Below are positions 38,532 through 48,511 of a DNA stretch of 64,000 nucleotides, piece after piece. A program made the position numbers and the translations under genes. The stretch lies in IMG/VR virus record IMGVR_UViG_2617271265_000001. One strand, 5' to 3'. The notes below the pieces were generated by a model that was not told the DNA's origin, searched no databases, and was given only the letters and a program-made list of their open reading frames with translations. The first letter of the stretch is position 1; each line of letters opens with the position of its first letter. Source of the DNA: an uncultured virus (IMG/VR IMGVR_UViG_2617271265_000001). Lineage: Duplodnaviria > Heunggongvirae > Uroviricota > Caudoviricetes.

Positions 38532-39926
38532 ATGGCTTTTCACCACGGCTCGGAAACCAAACGTGTAAACGGCGGTTCCGTAGCAGTCAGCACCGTAGAT
38601 GGTGCGATTATCGGTATCGTCGGCACTGCACCCATGGGCGCAGTAAACGAATTGACCGTATGTTTAACCAAAAAAGACTTTTCGCAGTTCGGTACCATTT
38701 TAGACCAGGGCTTTACTTTGCCTGATGCCTTCGACATTTTGGCGCGCTACGCCAGCGGTCAGGTGTATGTGGTCAATGTGTTAGACCCGGCGAAACACCG
38801 TACGACAGTGACGGACGAAGTGTTAACTCAGGACAGCAACACCCTTGTGGCGAAGACCGCGAAGAAAGGCTTAATTAGCGTCACTAATGTCAAATTAGGC
38901 GGTTCGCTATTAACCGAAGGCGAAACTTACAGCGTCAATCTCGAAGCGGGTGAAATCACTTTAACCGTGGCGGCGGGCGAACAAGGCTTAACCGCAAGCT
39001 ATGTGTATGCCGACCCTGAAAAGGTCACTGAAGATGACATCAAAGGCGGCGTGGACAGTTTAACCGGTAAACGCCAGGGCTTTGAACTTTTACGTGACGG
39101 TTTTAACCTGTACGGTGCGGACGCCAAAATTTTAATCTGCCCTGAATATGACAAAACCGCCAGCTGTGCGGCAGCCCTTGCTACTCTTGCCGACCAAATG
39201 CACGCTAAAGCGTACATTCAGTTGCCGAAAGGCACGAGCCTATCGAAAGCCATTGCTGGGCGTGGTCCACTTGGCACAATTAATGCATCGGCATCGAATG
39301 AAAACGTGCGCCATTTCTTCCCGTATGCGATTGGTTCAACTAATAATCTTGAAAGCCTTGCCACTCACGCAGCCGGTTTACGTATGAAAGTGGACGTGGA
39401 TGCAGGTTATTGGTTCTCAACCTCGAACCACGAACTCAGCGGCGTCATTGGCATGGAAATTCCGTTGACCGCACGTGTCGACGACAAGCAATCGGAAACC
39501 AACCACTTAAATGCAGTGGGGATTACCACTATTTTTAACAGCTTTGGCACAGGCTTCCGCTTATGGGGCAACCGTTCGTCTAACTTCCCAACGGTAACCC
39601 ATATCAGCTGCTTTGAAGTGGCAAGCCGTACGGGGGATATTATTGATGAGAGTATTCGTCAAGCAGAATTGCAGTTTATTGATAAACCGATTGATGACGC
39701 TTTAATTGATAGCTTTGTGGAAACCATTGATACTTTCTTGCGTAGTCAAAAATCCCTTGTGGGTCATTCTGTAAGTTTGGACTATGAATATGATTTAGTG
39801 GATGCCTTTAGCCAAGGTCAAATTCCGCTGATTTATGACTACACGCCAAAAATTCCGGGCGAACGTATCAGCAATAAATCGGTAATGACCCGTAAATACT
39901 TGGCAAACTTAGTGTCAGCAAAATAA
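38532..39926 (+). CDS. Tail sheath protein
   Basis: FHHG, IGIVGTAP, LNAVGITT, GFRLWGNRS. Confidence 0.92.
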   Translation: MAFHHGSETKRVNGGSVAVSTVDGAIIGIVGTAPMGAVNELTVCLTKKDFSQFGTILDQGFTLPDAFDILARYASGQVYVVNVLDPAKHRTTVTDEVLTQDSNTLVAKTAKKGLISVTNVKLGGSLLTEGETYSVNLEAGEITLTVAAGEQGLTASYVYADPEKVTEDDIKGGVDSLTGKRQGFELLRDGFNLYGADAKILICPEYDKTASCAAALATLADQMHAKAYIQLPKGTSLSKAIAGRGPLGTINASASNENVRHFFPYAIGSTNNLESLATHAAGLRMKVDVDAGYWFSTSNHELSGVIGMEIPLTARVDDKQSETNHLNAVGITTIFNSFGTGFRLWGNRSSNFPTVTHISCFEVASRTGDIIDESIRQAELQFIDKPIDDALIDSFVETIDTFLRSQKSLVGHSVSLDYEYDLVDAFSQGQIPLIYDYTPKIPGERISNKSVMTRKYLANLVSAK

Positions 39927-39927
39927 C

Positions 39928-39950
39928 GTAGGGACACACGGTGTGTGTCC
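39928..39950 (+). repeat. Single GTAG-type REP-like hairpin
   Basis: GTAG followed by GGACACAC-GGT-GTGTGTCC. Confidence 0.45.
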
Positions 39951-39971
39951 GTATCACAAAAGGACAAAAAA

Positions 39972-40490
39972 ATGAGTATTGCAATTAACCAAATCGTAAA
40001 CGGTAATGTTTACATCAACGGCAACAGCCAAATGGGGCGTGCGAACGAAGTCAAGATTCCTGATATTGAATTTGAATATATTGAGCATAAAGGCTTGGGA
40101 ATGTTTGGTACAGTTAAACTTCCAGCTGGAGCGAATACCGTTGAAGCAGAAATTACGTGGGATAGCTTCTATCCTGATGTTCGTGCCGTGTTGTACAACC
40201 CCTTCAAAGCTACACAATTGATGATCCGCTCAAACCTACAAGTGTTTAATTCCATGGGGTTAGCCGCAGAAGAAGCGATGGTAACCACGATGAATGTGAT
40301 GTCGCAAAAAGTCGGTGGTACAGGACATAAAAATAAAGAAAATGCTGAGTTTCAGGATACCTTGACGGTACATTCCATTAAACAAACTGTTGCAGGCAAA
40401 GAAATTTTATTTATTGATTTTATGGCAAATATTTTCCGTGTCAACGGGCAAGATGTGTTGCAAAAATACCGCACCAACATCGGGCAATAA
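39972..40490 (+). CDS. Tail tube protein (P2 FII-like)
   Basis: NVYINGNS.MG.A.EVK.P, NIFRVNGQDVL; follows the sheath gene. Confidence 0.9.
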   Translation: MSIAINQIVNGNVYINGNSQMGRANEVKIPDIEFEYIEHKGLGMFGTVKLPAGANTVEAEITWDSFYPDVRAVLYNPFKATQLMIRSNLQVFNSMGLAAEEAMVTTMNVMSQKVGGTGHKNKENAEFQDTLTVHSIKQTVAGKEILFIDFMANIFRVNGQDVLQKYRTNIGQ

Positions 40491-40493
40491 TTC

Positions 40494-40537
40494 TTTAAAC
40501 CAGTTTAAAAGCTAAACTGACCGCACTTTTATAAACT
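40494..40537 (+). promoter_or_regulatory. Putative late promoter 3 (chaperone/tape measure)
   Basis: TTTAAA-CCAG-TTTAAA-N22-TAAACT. Confidence 0.7.
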
Positions 40538-40579
40538 CCTTTGTGAAAGTTAAACAACATACTCACAAAGGAGTTTTTT

Positions 40580-40834
40580 ATGTCTGACGTTATTGTCGCC
40601 CTTGATTTTCCAATTCAAGATGGTGAGGGTAATCCAATCACCGAGTTAAAAATTCGTCGTCCTAAAGTAAAAGATATTCGCAAAATGACAGGAAAAACCG
40701 ATGCAGAACAAAGTATTAGTTTACTTGCCATCTTAACCGGTTTAGTGCCTGAAGATCTTGACGCATTGGATATTGCTGACTTTAAGCGTGCGGCGGAAGT
40801 GGTTGAAAAAATGCAGAAGGGAAAGTTGAAATAA
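40580..40834 (+). CDS. Tail assembly chaperone
   Basis: L.IRRPKVKD, EDLDALDIADF; position. Confidence 0.85.
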   Translation: MSDVIVALDFPIQDGEGNPITELKIRRPKVKDIRKMTGKTDAEQSISLLAILTGLVPEDLDALDIADFKRAAEVVEKMQKGKLK

Positions 40835-40983
40835 CCCAACTTGATGCGGCATTAGCAGATTTGGCGTTTTGGTTTGGTTTTCCGCATTCTGACCTGGAAG
40901 AAATGACCCTTAATGACCTTGAACGCTGGCTTAAGCAAGCCCAACGGCAAATAAAAGCCAATTACACGAAAGCCGCTATTTAA
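40819..40983 (+). CDS. -1 frameshift extension of the chaperone (gpE'-like)
   Basis: G GGA AAG slippery site at 40819-25; the -1 frame reads ...ALADLAFWFGFPHSDLEEMTLNDLERW... Confidence 0.85.
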   Translation, partial: GKVEITQLDAALADLAFWFGFPHSDLEEMTLNDLERWLKQAQRQIKANYTKAAI

Positions 40984-40990
40984 GCGGCTT
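40970..40990. terminator. Bidirectional terminator-like hairpin
   Basis: AAGCCGCT-ATTTA-AGCGGCTT. Confidence 0.65.
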
Positions 40991-40995
40991 TGTGG

Positions 40996-41322
40996 TTATT
41001 TGTGAGCGTTGTTGTATCCATTTTTAAAGGAACGCCATAAGCGTTGTTGGATTTTATCAAGCGGTGGATTTTTCGCTTGCAGGCATTGGGGCATTTCATC
41101 AGCCGAAGTCATTTTTGCTGACAGCTTATTTAGCCCACGATTTAAGAAATCAAGCATGGGGAGCAGAATTGGAGAAAGTAATCCTAAACCGAATACGACA
41201 CCAATTACAGTCGTGATAGTTGGGTAATAAGAATACGCCACACTGCCCCCAATTACCAACAAAAGGAAGCCAATAATGACGCCAATTATGCCAACTATTT
41301 CATCAATCAGTTTCATTAACAT
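40996..41322 (-). CDS. Antisense membrane protein (108 aa, two TM), moron-like
   Basis: AAGGAG RBS; own promoter TTGCAA-17-TATAGT (41385-41357). Confidence 0.8.
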   Translation of the reverse strand: MLMKLIDEIVGIIGVIIGFLLLVIGGSVAYSYYPTITTVIGVVFGLGLLSPILLPMLDFLNRGLNKLSAKMTSADEMPQCLQAKNPPLDKIQQRLWRSFKNGYNNAHK

Positions 41323-41366
41323 TGTGGTTCTCCTTACAGTTGAATAATTTAATAGGACTATAAACG

Positions 41367-44051
41367 ATGTCATCAAATCTTGCAATTAGTTTAGTCATTG
41401 GTGCGGCAGTCGGTGGGGCGATCTCAGGTATTAACCAAATCAAAAATACGCTGAAATCATTGACCGATTCTACGCAATCTATCGGACAACGAATGGCGAC
41501 GTTAAATCAGCTTTCTATTGCTGGAATGAAAAGTAGCGCGGCATCTCTGACTGCGTTAGGTGGTTCAGTTGTGGCATTGGCAAAGCCTGCTATTGAATTT
41601 GAAAGTGCGATGGCGGATGTAAAAAAAGTTGTGGATTTTAAAACACCCGAGGGGTTTAAAAAACTTTCTAAAGATCTCCTTGATTTAACCCATACGATTC
41701 CAATGACAGGTAAGGAACTCGCGGCTATTGCCGCTTCGGGGGGACAACTTGGCGTAGCAGAAGAGGATATCACAGCCTTTACGACTACCATTGCGAAAAT
41801 GTCTGTCGCCTTTGATATGTCAGCCGACCAAAGCGGTGAAGCTATGGCAAAACTGGCTAATGTGTACAAAATCCCCATTAGCGAAATTGGTAAACTTGGC
41901 GATGCCATTAACGATTTATCCAACTCAAGCCCGGCAAAAGCCTCTGATATTGTCAACACTCTAGGGCGAATTGGGGGAACGGCGAAGCAATTCGGTTTAA
42001 CGGAAAATGCGGCAGCCGCACTTTCTAATACCTTTATCTCATTGGGTAAAACACCTGAAGTGGCAGGCACGGCAATTAATGGAATGCTGACCAAATTAAT
42101 GACCGCCGAAAAAGGCGGCAAAGCCTTTCAAGGTGCATTAAAGAAAATGGGTATTTCAGCCAAACAGCTGAAGAAAAATATCGCTAAAGATGGTGAAGGG
42201 GCGATTGTTGATTTCGTCAAACGCGTGGAGAAATTACCGAAAGATCAGGCAATGGGGATTTTAGTCGACATCTTTGGGCGAGAATATGCTGATGATGTGG
42301 CGGTGCTTGCTGGCAATACCGAACTGTTAGAAAAAAGCCTTAAACAGCTGAAAGAAACCGATGAGAACGGCAATTTACGCTATTTAGGCAGTATGGATAA
42401 AGAGTTTAATGCTCGAGCAGCGACCACTGAAGCGTCATTAACTAAATTGACGAATAGTTTTACTAGTCTCGCTATTGGCATTGGAAATTATGTATTGCCT
42501 GTGATCAACGATTTTGTTAGTTGGTTACAACCTATTATTATTAGCGTTACCGACTTCATCAATACCAATACAGATTTAATGGGAGAAATTGCCAAATGGG
42601 GAACTTATGCCGTTGGTGCGGTTGCCGGTTTTTCTGCGGTCATCGGCGGGTTAAGTTTTTTAACTTGGGGGACATTGAAAGTGATTTCAGTGTTCAAAAT
42701 GGCATGGTCAGTATTGTCTTTTGGCGGTTCAATCATTGCCTTAGTGAGCAAAGGTATTTTGGGGCTTGTGGGCTTTATCGGAAAATTATTGTTACCTGTT
42801 GTGCTTAAACTTGCCTATGGCTTTGGTTATTTAATCGGTTGGTTAGGTAAATCTATTTTATTTGCTGCTCGATTAGGGCAAATGTTCGCCGGCGCCTTAC
42901 TCAAGGGATTATTGCTTGTTGGTAAGGCTATTATTTTTGTCGGTCGCGCTTTTCTCGCTAACCCTATCGGCATTGCGGTTGCCGTCATTGCAGGGCTTGC
43001 CTATTTACTTTGGGATAATTGGGACTGGGTCAGCGAAAAATTCAGCCAAATGTGGCAATGGATTGGTGAAAAATCCACTCAATGCGGACAAGTGATTTCT
43101 GATATTTGGAATGGGGTCACAACTTTCTTTAGTGGCGTATGGGAAAACATCACCACTGTCTTCAACTCAGGCATCGGTAACATCACCGCCACCATTCTCA
43201 ACTGGTCACCATTGGGCCTGTTCTATCAAGCCTTTGCAGGCGTGCTTTCTTGGTTTGGGATTGATTTGCCTGCGAAGTTTACTGAATTTGGTTCGAACCT
43301 GATTAGTGGTTTAGTCAATGGTATTCGCAATGCGTGGGATGGGGCGAAAGAATGGGTTATCGGCTTAGGTAAATCTATCAAAGGTTGGTTTACTGGCGAA
43401 ATGGATATTCATTCTCCTTCGCGGGTGTTTAAAGGCTACGGCGAAAATATCGTCTCAGGGCTTGCCATTGGGATTGCAGAAAATGTCCTTCAAGCCACAC
43501 AGGCGGTCGATAAAATGGGGAAAAAGATCAAGAAAGCCGCACCAAAAACAGTTGCTGCACCTGCGATAAAAGCCCCAAAAATGCCAACGGTCGAGCCGCT
43601 TGTGGCAAAAAGTACGGTCAAATTCGAACCCGTTTTAAACGGTATTGAAACCGCCTTTAAACCGATTTTCAACGAGAAAAAAGGCCTTTTCGGTTCGCTG
43701 TGGGATGACATTAAATTTGGGGCGAATTTTATCGGTAATCTATTGGGCATCAATCAGCCGACGGATTACCGCACGCCTGATTTTAATCCGAACTCAAGCA
43801 GTCAAAATTCGTCACTTTTTAGTGATTATCAACCGCTAAACAGAAACGCCGTTACCCATAATGAAACCACGCAAAATGGCGGTATTGTGGTGAACTTTAA
43901 CCCGACGATTCATCTAAGCGGCAACCAAAATCCGGACAGTCTTTTAAGCCAATTGCAAGATGCCCTGTTTGCCAGTAAACAGGATTTAGCCCGTTTTATT
44001 GTGGAAACAATAAGACGTGAAGAAGATCAATATAGACGGAGAGCATACTGA
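41367..44051 (+). CDS. Tape measure protein (Mu-like phage)
   Basis: FESAMADVKKVV core, hydrophobic region, W/F periodic repeats, IHSPSRVF. Confidence 0.93.
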   Translation: MSSNLAISLVIGAAVGGAISGINQIKNTLKSLTDSTQSIGQRMATLNQLSIAGMKSSAASLTALGGSVVALAKPAIEFESAMADVKKVVDFKTPEGFKKLSKDLLDLTHTIPMTGKELAAIAASGGQLGVAEEDITAFTTTIAKMSVAFDMSADQSGEAMAKLANVYKIPISEIGKLGDAINDLSNSSPAKASDIVNTLGRIGGTAKQFGLTENAAAALSNTFISLGKTPEVAGTAINGMLTKLMTAEKGGKAFQGALKKMGISAKQLKKNIAKDGEGAIVDFVKRVEKLPKDQAMGILVDIFGREYADDVAVLAGNTELLEKSLKQLKETDENGNLRYLGSMDKEFNARAATTEASLTKLTNSFTSLAIGIGNYVLPVINDFVSWLQPIIISVTDFINTNTDLMGEIAKWGTYAVGAVAGFSAVIGGLSFLTWGTLKVISVFKMAWSVLSFGGSIIALVSKGILGLVGFIGKLLLPVVLKLAYGFGYLIGWLGKSILFAARLGQMFAGALLKGLLLVGKAIIFVGRAFLANPIGIAVAVIAGLAYLLWDNWDWVSEKFSQMWQWIGEKSTQCGQVISDIWNGVTTFFSGVWENITTVFNSGIGNITATILNWSPLGLFYQAFAGVLSWFGIDLPAKFTEFGSNLISGLVNGIRNAWDGAKEWVIGLGKSIKGWFTGEMDIHSPSRVFKGYGENIVSGLAIGIAENVLQATQAVDKMGKKIKKAAPKTVAAPAIKAPKMPTVEPLVAKSTVKFEPVLNGIETAFKPIFNEKKGLFGSLWDDIKFGANFIGNLLGINQPTDYRTPDFNPNSSSQNSSLFSDYQPLNRNAVTHNETTQNGGIVVNFNPTIHLSGNQNPDSLLSQLQDALFASKQDLARFIVETIRREEDQYRRRAY

Positions 44052-44989
44052 TGTATTTTATGTTAGGCAATATTGCCTTTGAGCCGGTCAACCTGACGGA
44101 TTTTTCTGAAAACCATGCTGCAGATTTTGCCGAACACGCAGTACTGAAAGGCAAACCACGCTTACAGGCAATGGGCGAAAAGCTGACGGAATTGTCTTTT
44201 GCCATTCGCCTGCACCATAAAATTGGCGGGGTGGAAAGTCGCTATCAAGCCTTGCTTGCCGCCAAAGCCAAGCAAGAAGCTCTCGCCTTGATTTGGGGGG
44301 CGGGCAAATATAAAGGCAATTATGTGATCACCGATATTTATTCCGCAACGTTGTTCACGGATAAGTTAGGCAACTCCTTGGCTCGTGAAATGACAATCAA
44401 CCTGCGCGAATATGTGGGTGATATCGACGATAACCCGCTCGGCGCAGCATTGAACTTAGGCAGTAATTCATTACTTGGTTCAATTCTGCCGGATGGGGCG
44501 GTAAAGGTGCTGTCTGATATGAAAGAAACTGTGCAAAAAGGTGCAGAACTCTTTAACCAAGGCCGGCAAATTGTGAATGAAGTCAGAAACACCATCGCGA
44601 TTGTTCGCCAGTTGACCGATGACCCGACGGCGGCGTTAGCTTATTTGCCGGATGTGTTGGGTAATCTTGACGGTGCATTAGACAAGTTTGGTGAACTTAC
44701 CGACATGAGTGAACTGTTCGGCAGTATTTGTAAAGTGTTACCAGCAGTCGGCGAATTTAGTCGAGAAATGGGCGGAATTTATGACAATTTAATGATTATA
44801 AAAGACAGCCTGACATTTGGCAATCAATCCGACGGTGCGAACTGGAATGACTGGTTTACGCCCGCCGATAATGCACTAAGTGACATTAACGAACGCATTG
44901 ATAATGCCGCTACACCCGTCGCCGCCATGACGGCATGGATTGTGCTACGCGAAGACGAGGAAGTAACGAATGACACAGACCGTACTTAA
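44051..44989 (+). CDS. P2 gpU-like tail protein with C-terminal extension
   Basis: MYFMLGNIAF, FAEHAVLKGKPRLQ. Confidence 0.8.
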   Translation: MYFMLGNIAFEPVNLTDFSENHAADFAEHAVLKGKPRLQAMGEKLTELSFAIRLHHKIGGVESRYQALLAAKAKQEALALIWGAGKYKGNYVITDIYSATLFTDKLGNSLAREMTINLREYVGDIDDNPLGAALNLGSNSLLGSILPDGAVKVLSDMKETVQKGAELFNQGRQIVNEVRNTIAIVRQLTDDPTAALAYLPDVLGNLDGALDKFGELTDMSELFGSICKVLPAVGEFSREMGGIYDNLMIIKDSLTFGNQSDGANWNDWFTPADNALSDINERIDNAATPVAAMTAWIVLREDEEVTNDTDRT

Positions 44990-45203
44990 ACACACCGTAA
45001 AACAAGGCGAACGGTGGGATAACCTCGCCTATTACTACTACGGTAACGCGCTGGAATTTGCGCGGATTATCAACGCAAACCCACACATTAGCCTGTGCGA
45101 AGTATTGCCTACCGGCGCGACCGTTTATATCCCTGTGTTAAACATTAAACCGACCAACAACGAATCCATGCCGCCATGGTTAAGAGGTAGCGATGAGCAA
45201 TAA
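44970..45203 (+). CDS. Tail protein X-like
   Basis: GERWDNLAYYYYG, IINANP, PPW. Confidence 0.85.
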   Translation: MTQTVLKHTVKQGERWDNLAYYYYGNALEFARIINANPHISLCEVLPTGATVYIPVLNIKPTNNESMPPWLRGSDEQ

Positions 45204-46374
45204 TGTCCCAACGCCTGATTTTTCGATGATGTATGAGAAAACCAACATCACGGCAGACATTGAACCGTATTTGATTGAGCTGATGTACACCGACAATCTT
45301 GAGGGCGAATCAGACGAGCTGACGATATCTTTTGAAGACATAAAAGGCAAATGGATTCGGCAATGGTATCCGACCCAAGGAAATAAACTGAAAGCGGCTA
45401 TCGGATATAAGGGTGAGCAACTCACTGATATTGGAGCATTTGAAATTGATGAGGTGGAATATAGTTATCGTCCGTCATATATTCAAATTAAAGCGTTAAG
45501 TACGGGTATTGCGAAAGCCAATCGCACGCTGAAACCAAAAGCCTATGAGAATACTACGCTAAAACAAATCGTCGGCATTATTGCCGGACGATTAAAGCTG
45601 AAAGTTGTTGGCACAATCAAAAGCATCCGAATTAAACGAGCAACGCAATATTTAGAGCGCGACGTTGAATTTTTGGCACGCCTTGCCCGTGAATATCATC
45701 ACAGTTTCAAGATTGTAGGCGATCAGTTAGTTTTTACCGACAAAGATGAATTGGGTAAAAGTGAAGCGGTGGTGACGCTAGAAGAAAAAGACACTATATC
45801 TATCAGCTTACGCGACCGAATTAAAGACACCGCAAAAGAAGTGGATGTCAGCGGCTACGACGCCAACGGTAAAAAAGTCATTAAGAAACGCAAGAAAGCT
45901 AAAGCCTTGCGCGAAAACATGAAGCAGGCACAAGCCGCAAGCGGTGACACGCTAAAAGTCGTCACACGCGGGGAAACCCAAGAACAAATTGATGCCCGCG
46001 CCGACGCCGCACTGGCGGAGCAAAACGACGACCAGACCGCAGGCAATATCACTGTGATCGGGAATCCGAAATTAGTGGCTGGCAGTACGCTTGCACTACG
46101 TAACATGGGGGTTTTTAGCGGCAAATATCTGATTAAATCATCCCGACATAGCATTGTGCGCGGCGGTGGTTACACTACAAGTCTTGAGGTGCGAATGCTC
46201 GAATTTATCCCGGATGATTTACAAAACACCGGAGTGCTGACCGAACCGAAACCATTGGATACACTCAACGGCAAGCCTGATTTGCGTTATGTGGATGACC
46301 GCTTGTTACAAACGAACGCTGATGACTACGCCTTAGCACAACAACAGCGCCGTGAAACAGGAGTAATCAAATGA
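45193..46374 (+). CDS. Baseplate hub (gpD-like)
   Basis: YTDNLEGESDEL, DVEFLARLA, GNPKLVAG. Confidence 0.88.
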   Translation: MSNNVPTPDFSMMYEKTNITADIEPYLIELMYTDNLEGESDELTISFEDIKGKWIRQWYPTQGNKLKAAIGYKGEQLTDIGAFEIDEVEYSYRPSYIQIKALSTGIAKANRTLKPKAYENTTLKQIVGIIAGRLKLKVVGTIKSIRIKRATQYLERDVEFLARLAREYHHSFKIVGDQLVFTDKDELGKSEAVVTLEEKDTISISLRDRIKDTAKEVDVSGYDANGKKVIKKRKKAKALRENMKQAQAASGDTLKVVTRGETQEQIDARADAALAEQNDDQTAGNITVIGNPKLVAGSTLALRNMGVFSGKYLIKSSRHSIVRGGGYTTSLEVRMLEFIPDDLQNTGVLTEPKPLDTLNGKPDLRYVDDRLLQTNADDYALAQQQRRETGVIK

Positions 46375-46988
46375 TGAACACGCATAATTTTGGCGCAACT
46401 TACCAAGAAGGCATTGTGTCTGCCGTTGACCCGGCAAGTCATAAAGTGCGGTGCAAAATTCCTGCGCTTGAAGATTTGGAAACGGCGTGGCTTTCTTATC
46501 TCACGCCGAATGCGGGTGGCAATCAGTTTTACTGTCTGCCCGACGTGGGCGAATTGGTCGCGTTACTCCTCGACGCACGGGGCGAAGGTGGATGTGTGTT
46601 AGGCGCCATCTACAATACACAAGACCCCACACCGACAGCAAATCCCAATATCTGGATGAAAAAATTCAGTAACGGAACCGTAATTAAACACGACCGAACT
46701 TCCGGCAATGTAGAAGTGTCTGCCATGGGTGACGTGTTGATAAAATCGCCGTCGAAAGTCACTATTGACTGCCCGGAAACCGAAACCACCGGAAACTTGC
46801 TTGTGAGCGGTTCCTTAACCTATATGCAAGGCATGACCGGTAACGGTAGCGGTTCGGGTGCAACGGCAACTATCAACGGCGAGTTGACAGTTCAAGACGG
46901 TGATGTGAAAGCCGATAATATCAGCTTGAAACAACACAAACACACCGAACAAGGCGACGGCAAACAAACGTCATCAGCCCAACCGTAA
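46371..46988 (+). CDS. Baseplate spike (gpV-like)
   Basis: LPDVGELV, C-terminal HKH. Confidence 0.88.
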   Translation: MMNTHNFGATYQEGIVSAVDPASHKVRCKIPALEDLETAWLSYLTPNAGGNQFYCLPDVGELVALLLDARGEGGCVLGAIYNTQDPTPTANPNIWMKKFSNGTVIKHDRTSGNVEVSAMGDVLIKSPSKVTIDCPETETTGNLLVSGSLTYMQGMTGNGSGSGATATINGELTVQDGDVKADNISLKQHKHTEQGDGKQTSSAQP

Positions 46989-46991
46989 TTC

Positions 46992-47035
46992 TTTAAATCA
47001 GTTTAAAATCCAGTCCACTCATAGCCTTGTATCAT
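46992..47035 (+). promoter_or_regulatory. Putative late promoter 4 (baseplate/fibre operon)
   Basis: TTTAAA-TCAG-TTTAAA-N22-TATCAT. Confidence 0.7.
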
Positions 47036-47042
47036 CAAGGCT

Positions 47043-47408
47043 ATGAATACACAAAGTACCATCCTTACAACCCACTGGCAACTTGCCCCGAGCTTAGATA
47101 ACCAAGCGGTGCAAGGTATTGATGATATTCATCAGTGTATTGCCAATATTCTCAACACGCTAAAAGGCACAGACGTGCTACGCCCTGAGTTTGGCTCAGA
47201 TCATTTTCAATATATCGACCAGCCGGAAGATGTGGCTATCCCGAATATGGTGCGGGAAATTACCCTTGCTTTACAAAAATGGGAAACTCGCATTGAGGTT
47301 GACAGCGTGCAAGTAAGCGGCACTGCGCCCCATTTTGAACTATTGATTAGTTGGTCGCTGGTTGATGATGTGTATCGTGAGATTTATTCCACCGAGGTGA
47401 AACAATGA
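47043..47408 (+). CDS. Baseplate wedge gpW/gp25-like
   Basis: ILNTLKGTDVLRPEFGS, WETRI. Confidence 0.88.
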   Translation: MNTQSTILTTHWQLAPSLDNQAVQGIDDIHQCIANILNTLKGTDVLRPEFGSDHFQYIDQPEDVAIPNMVREITLALQKWETRIEVDSVQVSGTAPHFELLISWSLVDDVYREIYSTEVKQ

Positions 47409-48511
47409 ACCGACATGAAGTAAAAGCCGTTGATGACAACGTGGAACGCATTTTGCGTGATGCGATTGCCGATTATGAAAAACGCACGGGCAAAATCTTA
47501 CAGCCCGCACACATTGAACGCTTGTTGATTAATGTGTACGCCTTTCGGGAAAGTTTAGCCCGCCAAGGGATTAATGAAGCCTTTCGCCAGACCTTTCCGC
47601 AATATGCGACCGGTTTAGCCTTGGATTTATGTGGCGAAACTTTCGGTTGTTATCGTCTATTGGATAAACCTGCACGAACGATTTTGCGCTTTAGTGTTAA
47701 AGGTGAGCATCCGTCTATTTTTATCCCTAAAGGCACGCGAGTAGCGGCCACTGATGAAATTGAGTTTATCACTCTTAATGATGATGTGATCACGCCATTA
47801 ATCTCTTATGTTGAAATCGAAGCCGCTTGTAATAAAACTGGTGCAGTGGGCAATGGCTGGGAGCTTGGACGGGTAAAAACGCTCAAAAGTGCGGTCAATT
47901 TTGACGGTGAAATCACGGTCACCAACATTGATGTGCCAAGCGGTGGTTTAGCACGCGAAGAAGATGACGATTACCGCAAGCGCATTCTCGCCGCGCCGGA
48001 AGCTTTTACATCTTGCGGCTCCATCGCCGCTTATGATTATCACGTGCGCGCCGTATCACAAGACATCGCAGACATAAATATTTCTAACCCTCGTGGTGGT
48101 TTAGTGCGCATTACAGTACTCACCAAAACAGGCTTGCCAGATGGTCGCTTACTGAATGATGTGAAGCAATATGTTAGCCCGGAACGTCGTCGTCCGTTAT
48201 GTGATACCGTCGAAGTGATTGCACCCACTAAGCGCGATTATCAAATCAATGCCACGCTCACCTTATTAGACGGCTATCATGAAGACATTGTCAAAACCAA
48301 AGCCCGTGATGCGTTGCAACTGTATTTATCCGATAAAACCAAGAAACTCGGTATTGATGTTGTGCCATCGGCAATTATCAGCGCATTGCGGGTGGAAGGC
48401 GTCTATGACGTGCATCTGATTGCGCCGGCAAAAATCGTTGTAGGCGAAACCGAATGGGCAAACTGCACCGCAATTAACGTAGATGTCGCACCGGAGCGTA
48501 GCAATGGCTAA
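47405..48511 (+). CDS. Baseplate J-like protein
   Basis: ATGLALD, EDDDDYRKRI..APE, RRPLCD.V. Confidence 0.9.
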   Translation: MNRHEVKAVDDNVERILRDAIADYEKRTGKILQPAHIERLLINVYAFRESLARQGINEAFRQTFPQYATGLALDLCGETFGCYRLLDKPARTILRFSVKGEHPSIFIPKGTRVAATDEIEFITLNDDVITPLISYVEIEAACNKTGAVGNGWELGRVKTLKSAVNFDGEITVTNIDVPSGGLAREEDDDYRKRILAAPEAFTSCGSIAAYDYHVRAVSQDIADINISNPRGGLVRITVLTKTGLPDGRLLNDVKQYVSPERRRPLCDTVEVIAPTKRDYQINATLTLLDGYHEDIVKTKARDALQLYLSDKTKKLGIDVVPSAIISALRVEGVYDVHLIAPAKIVVGETEWANCTAINVDVAPERSNG

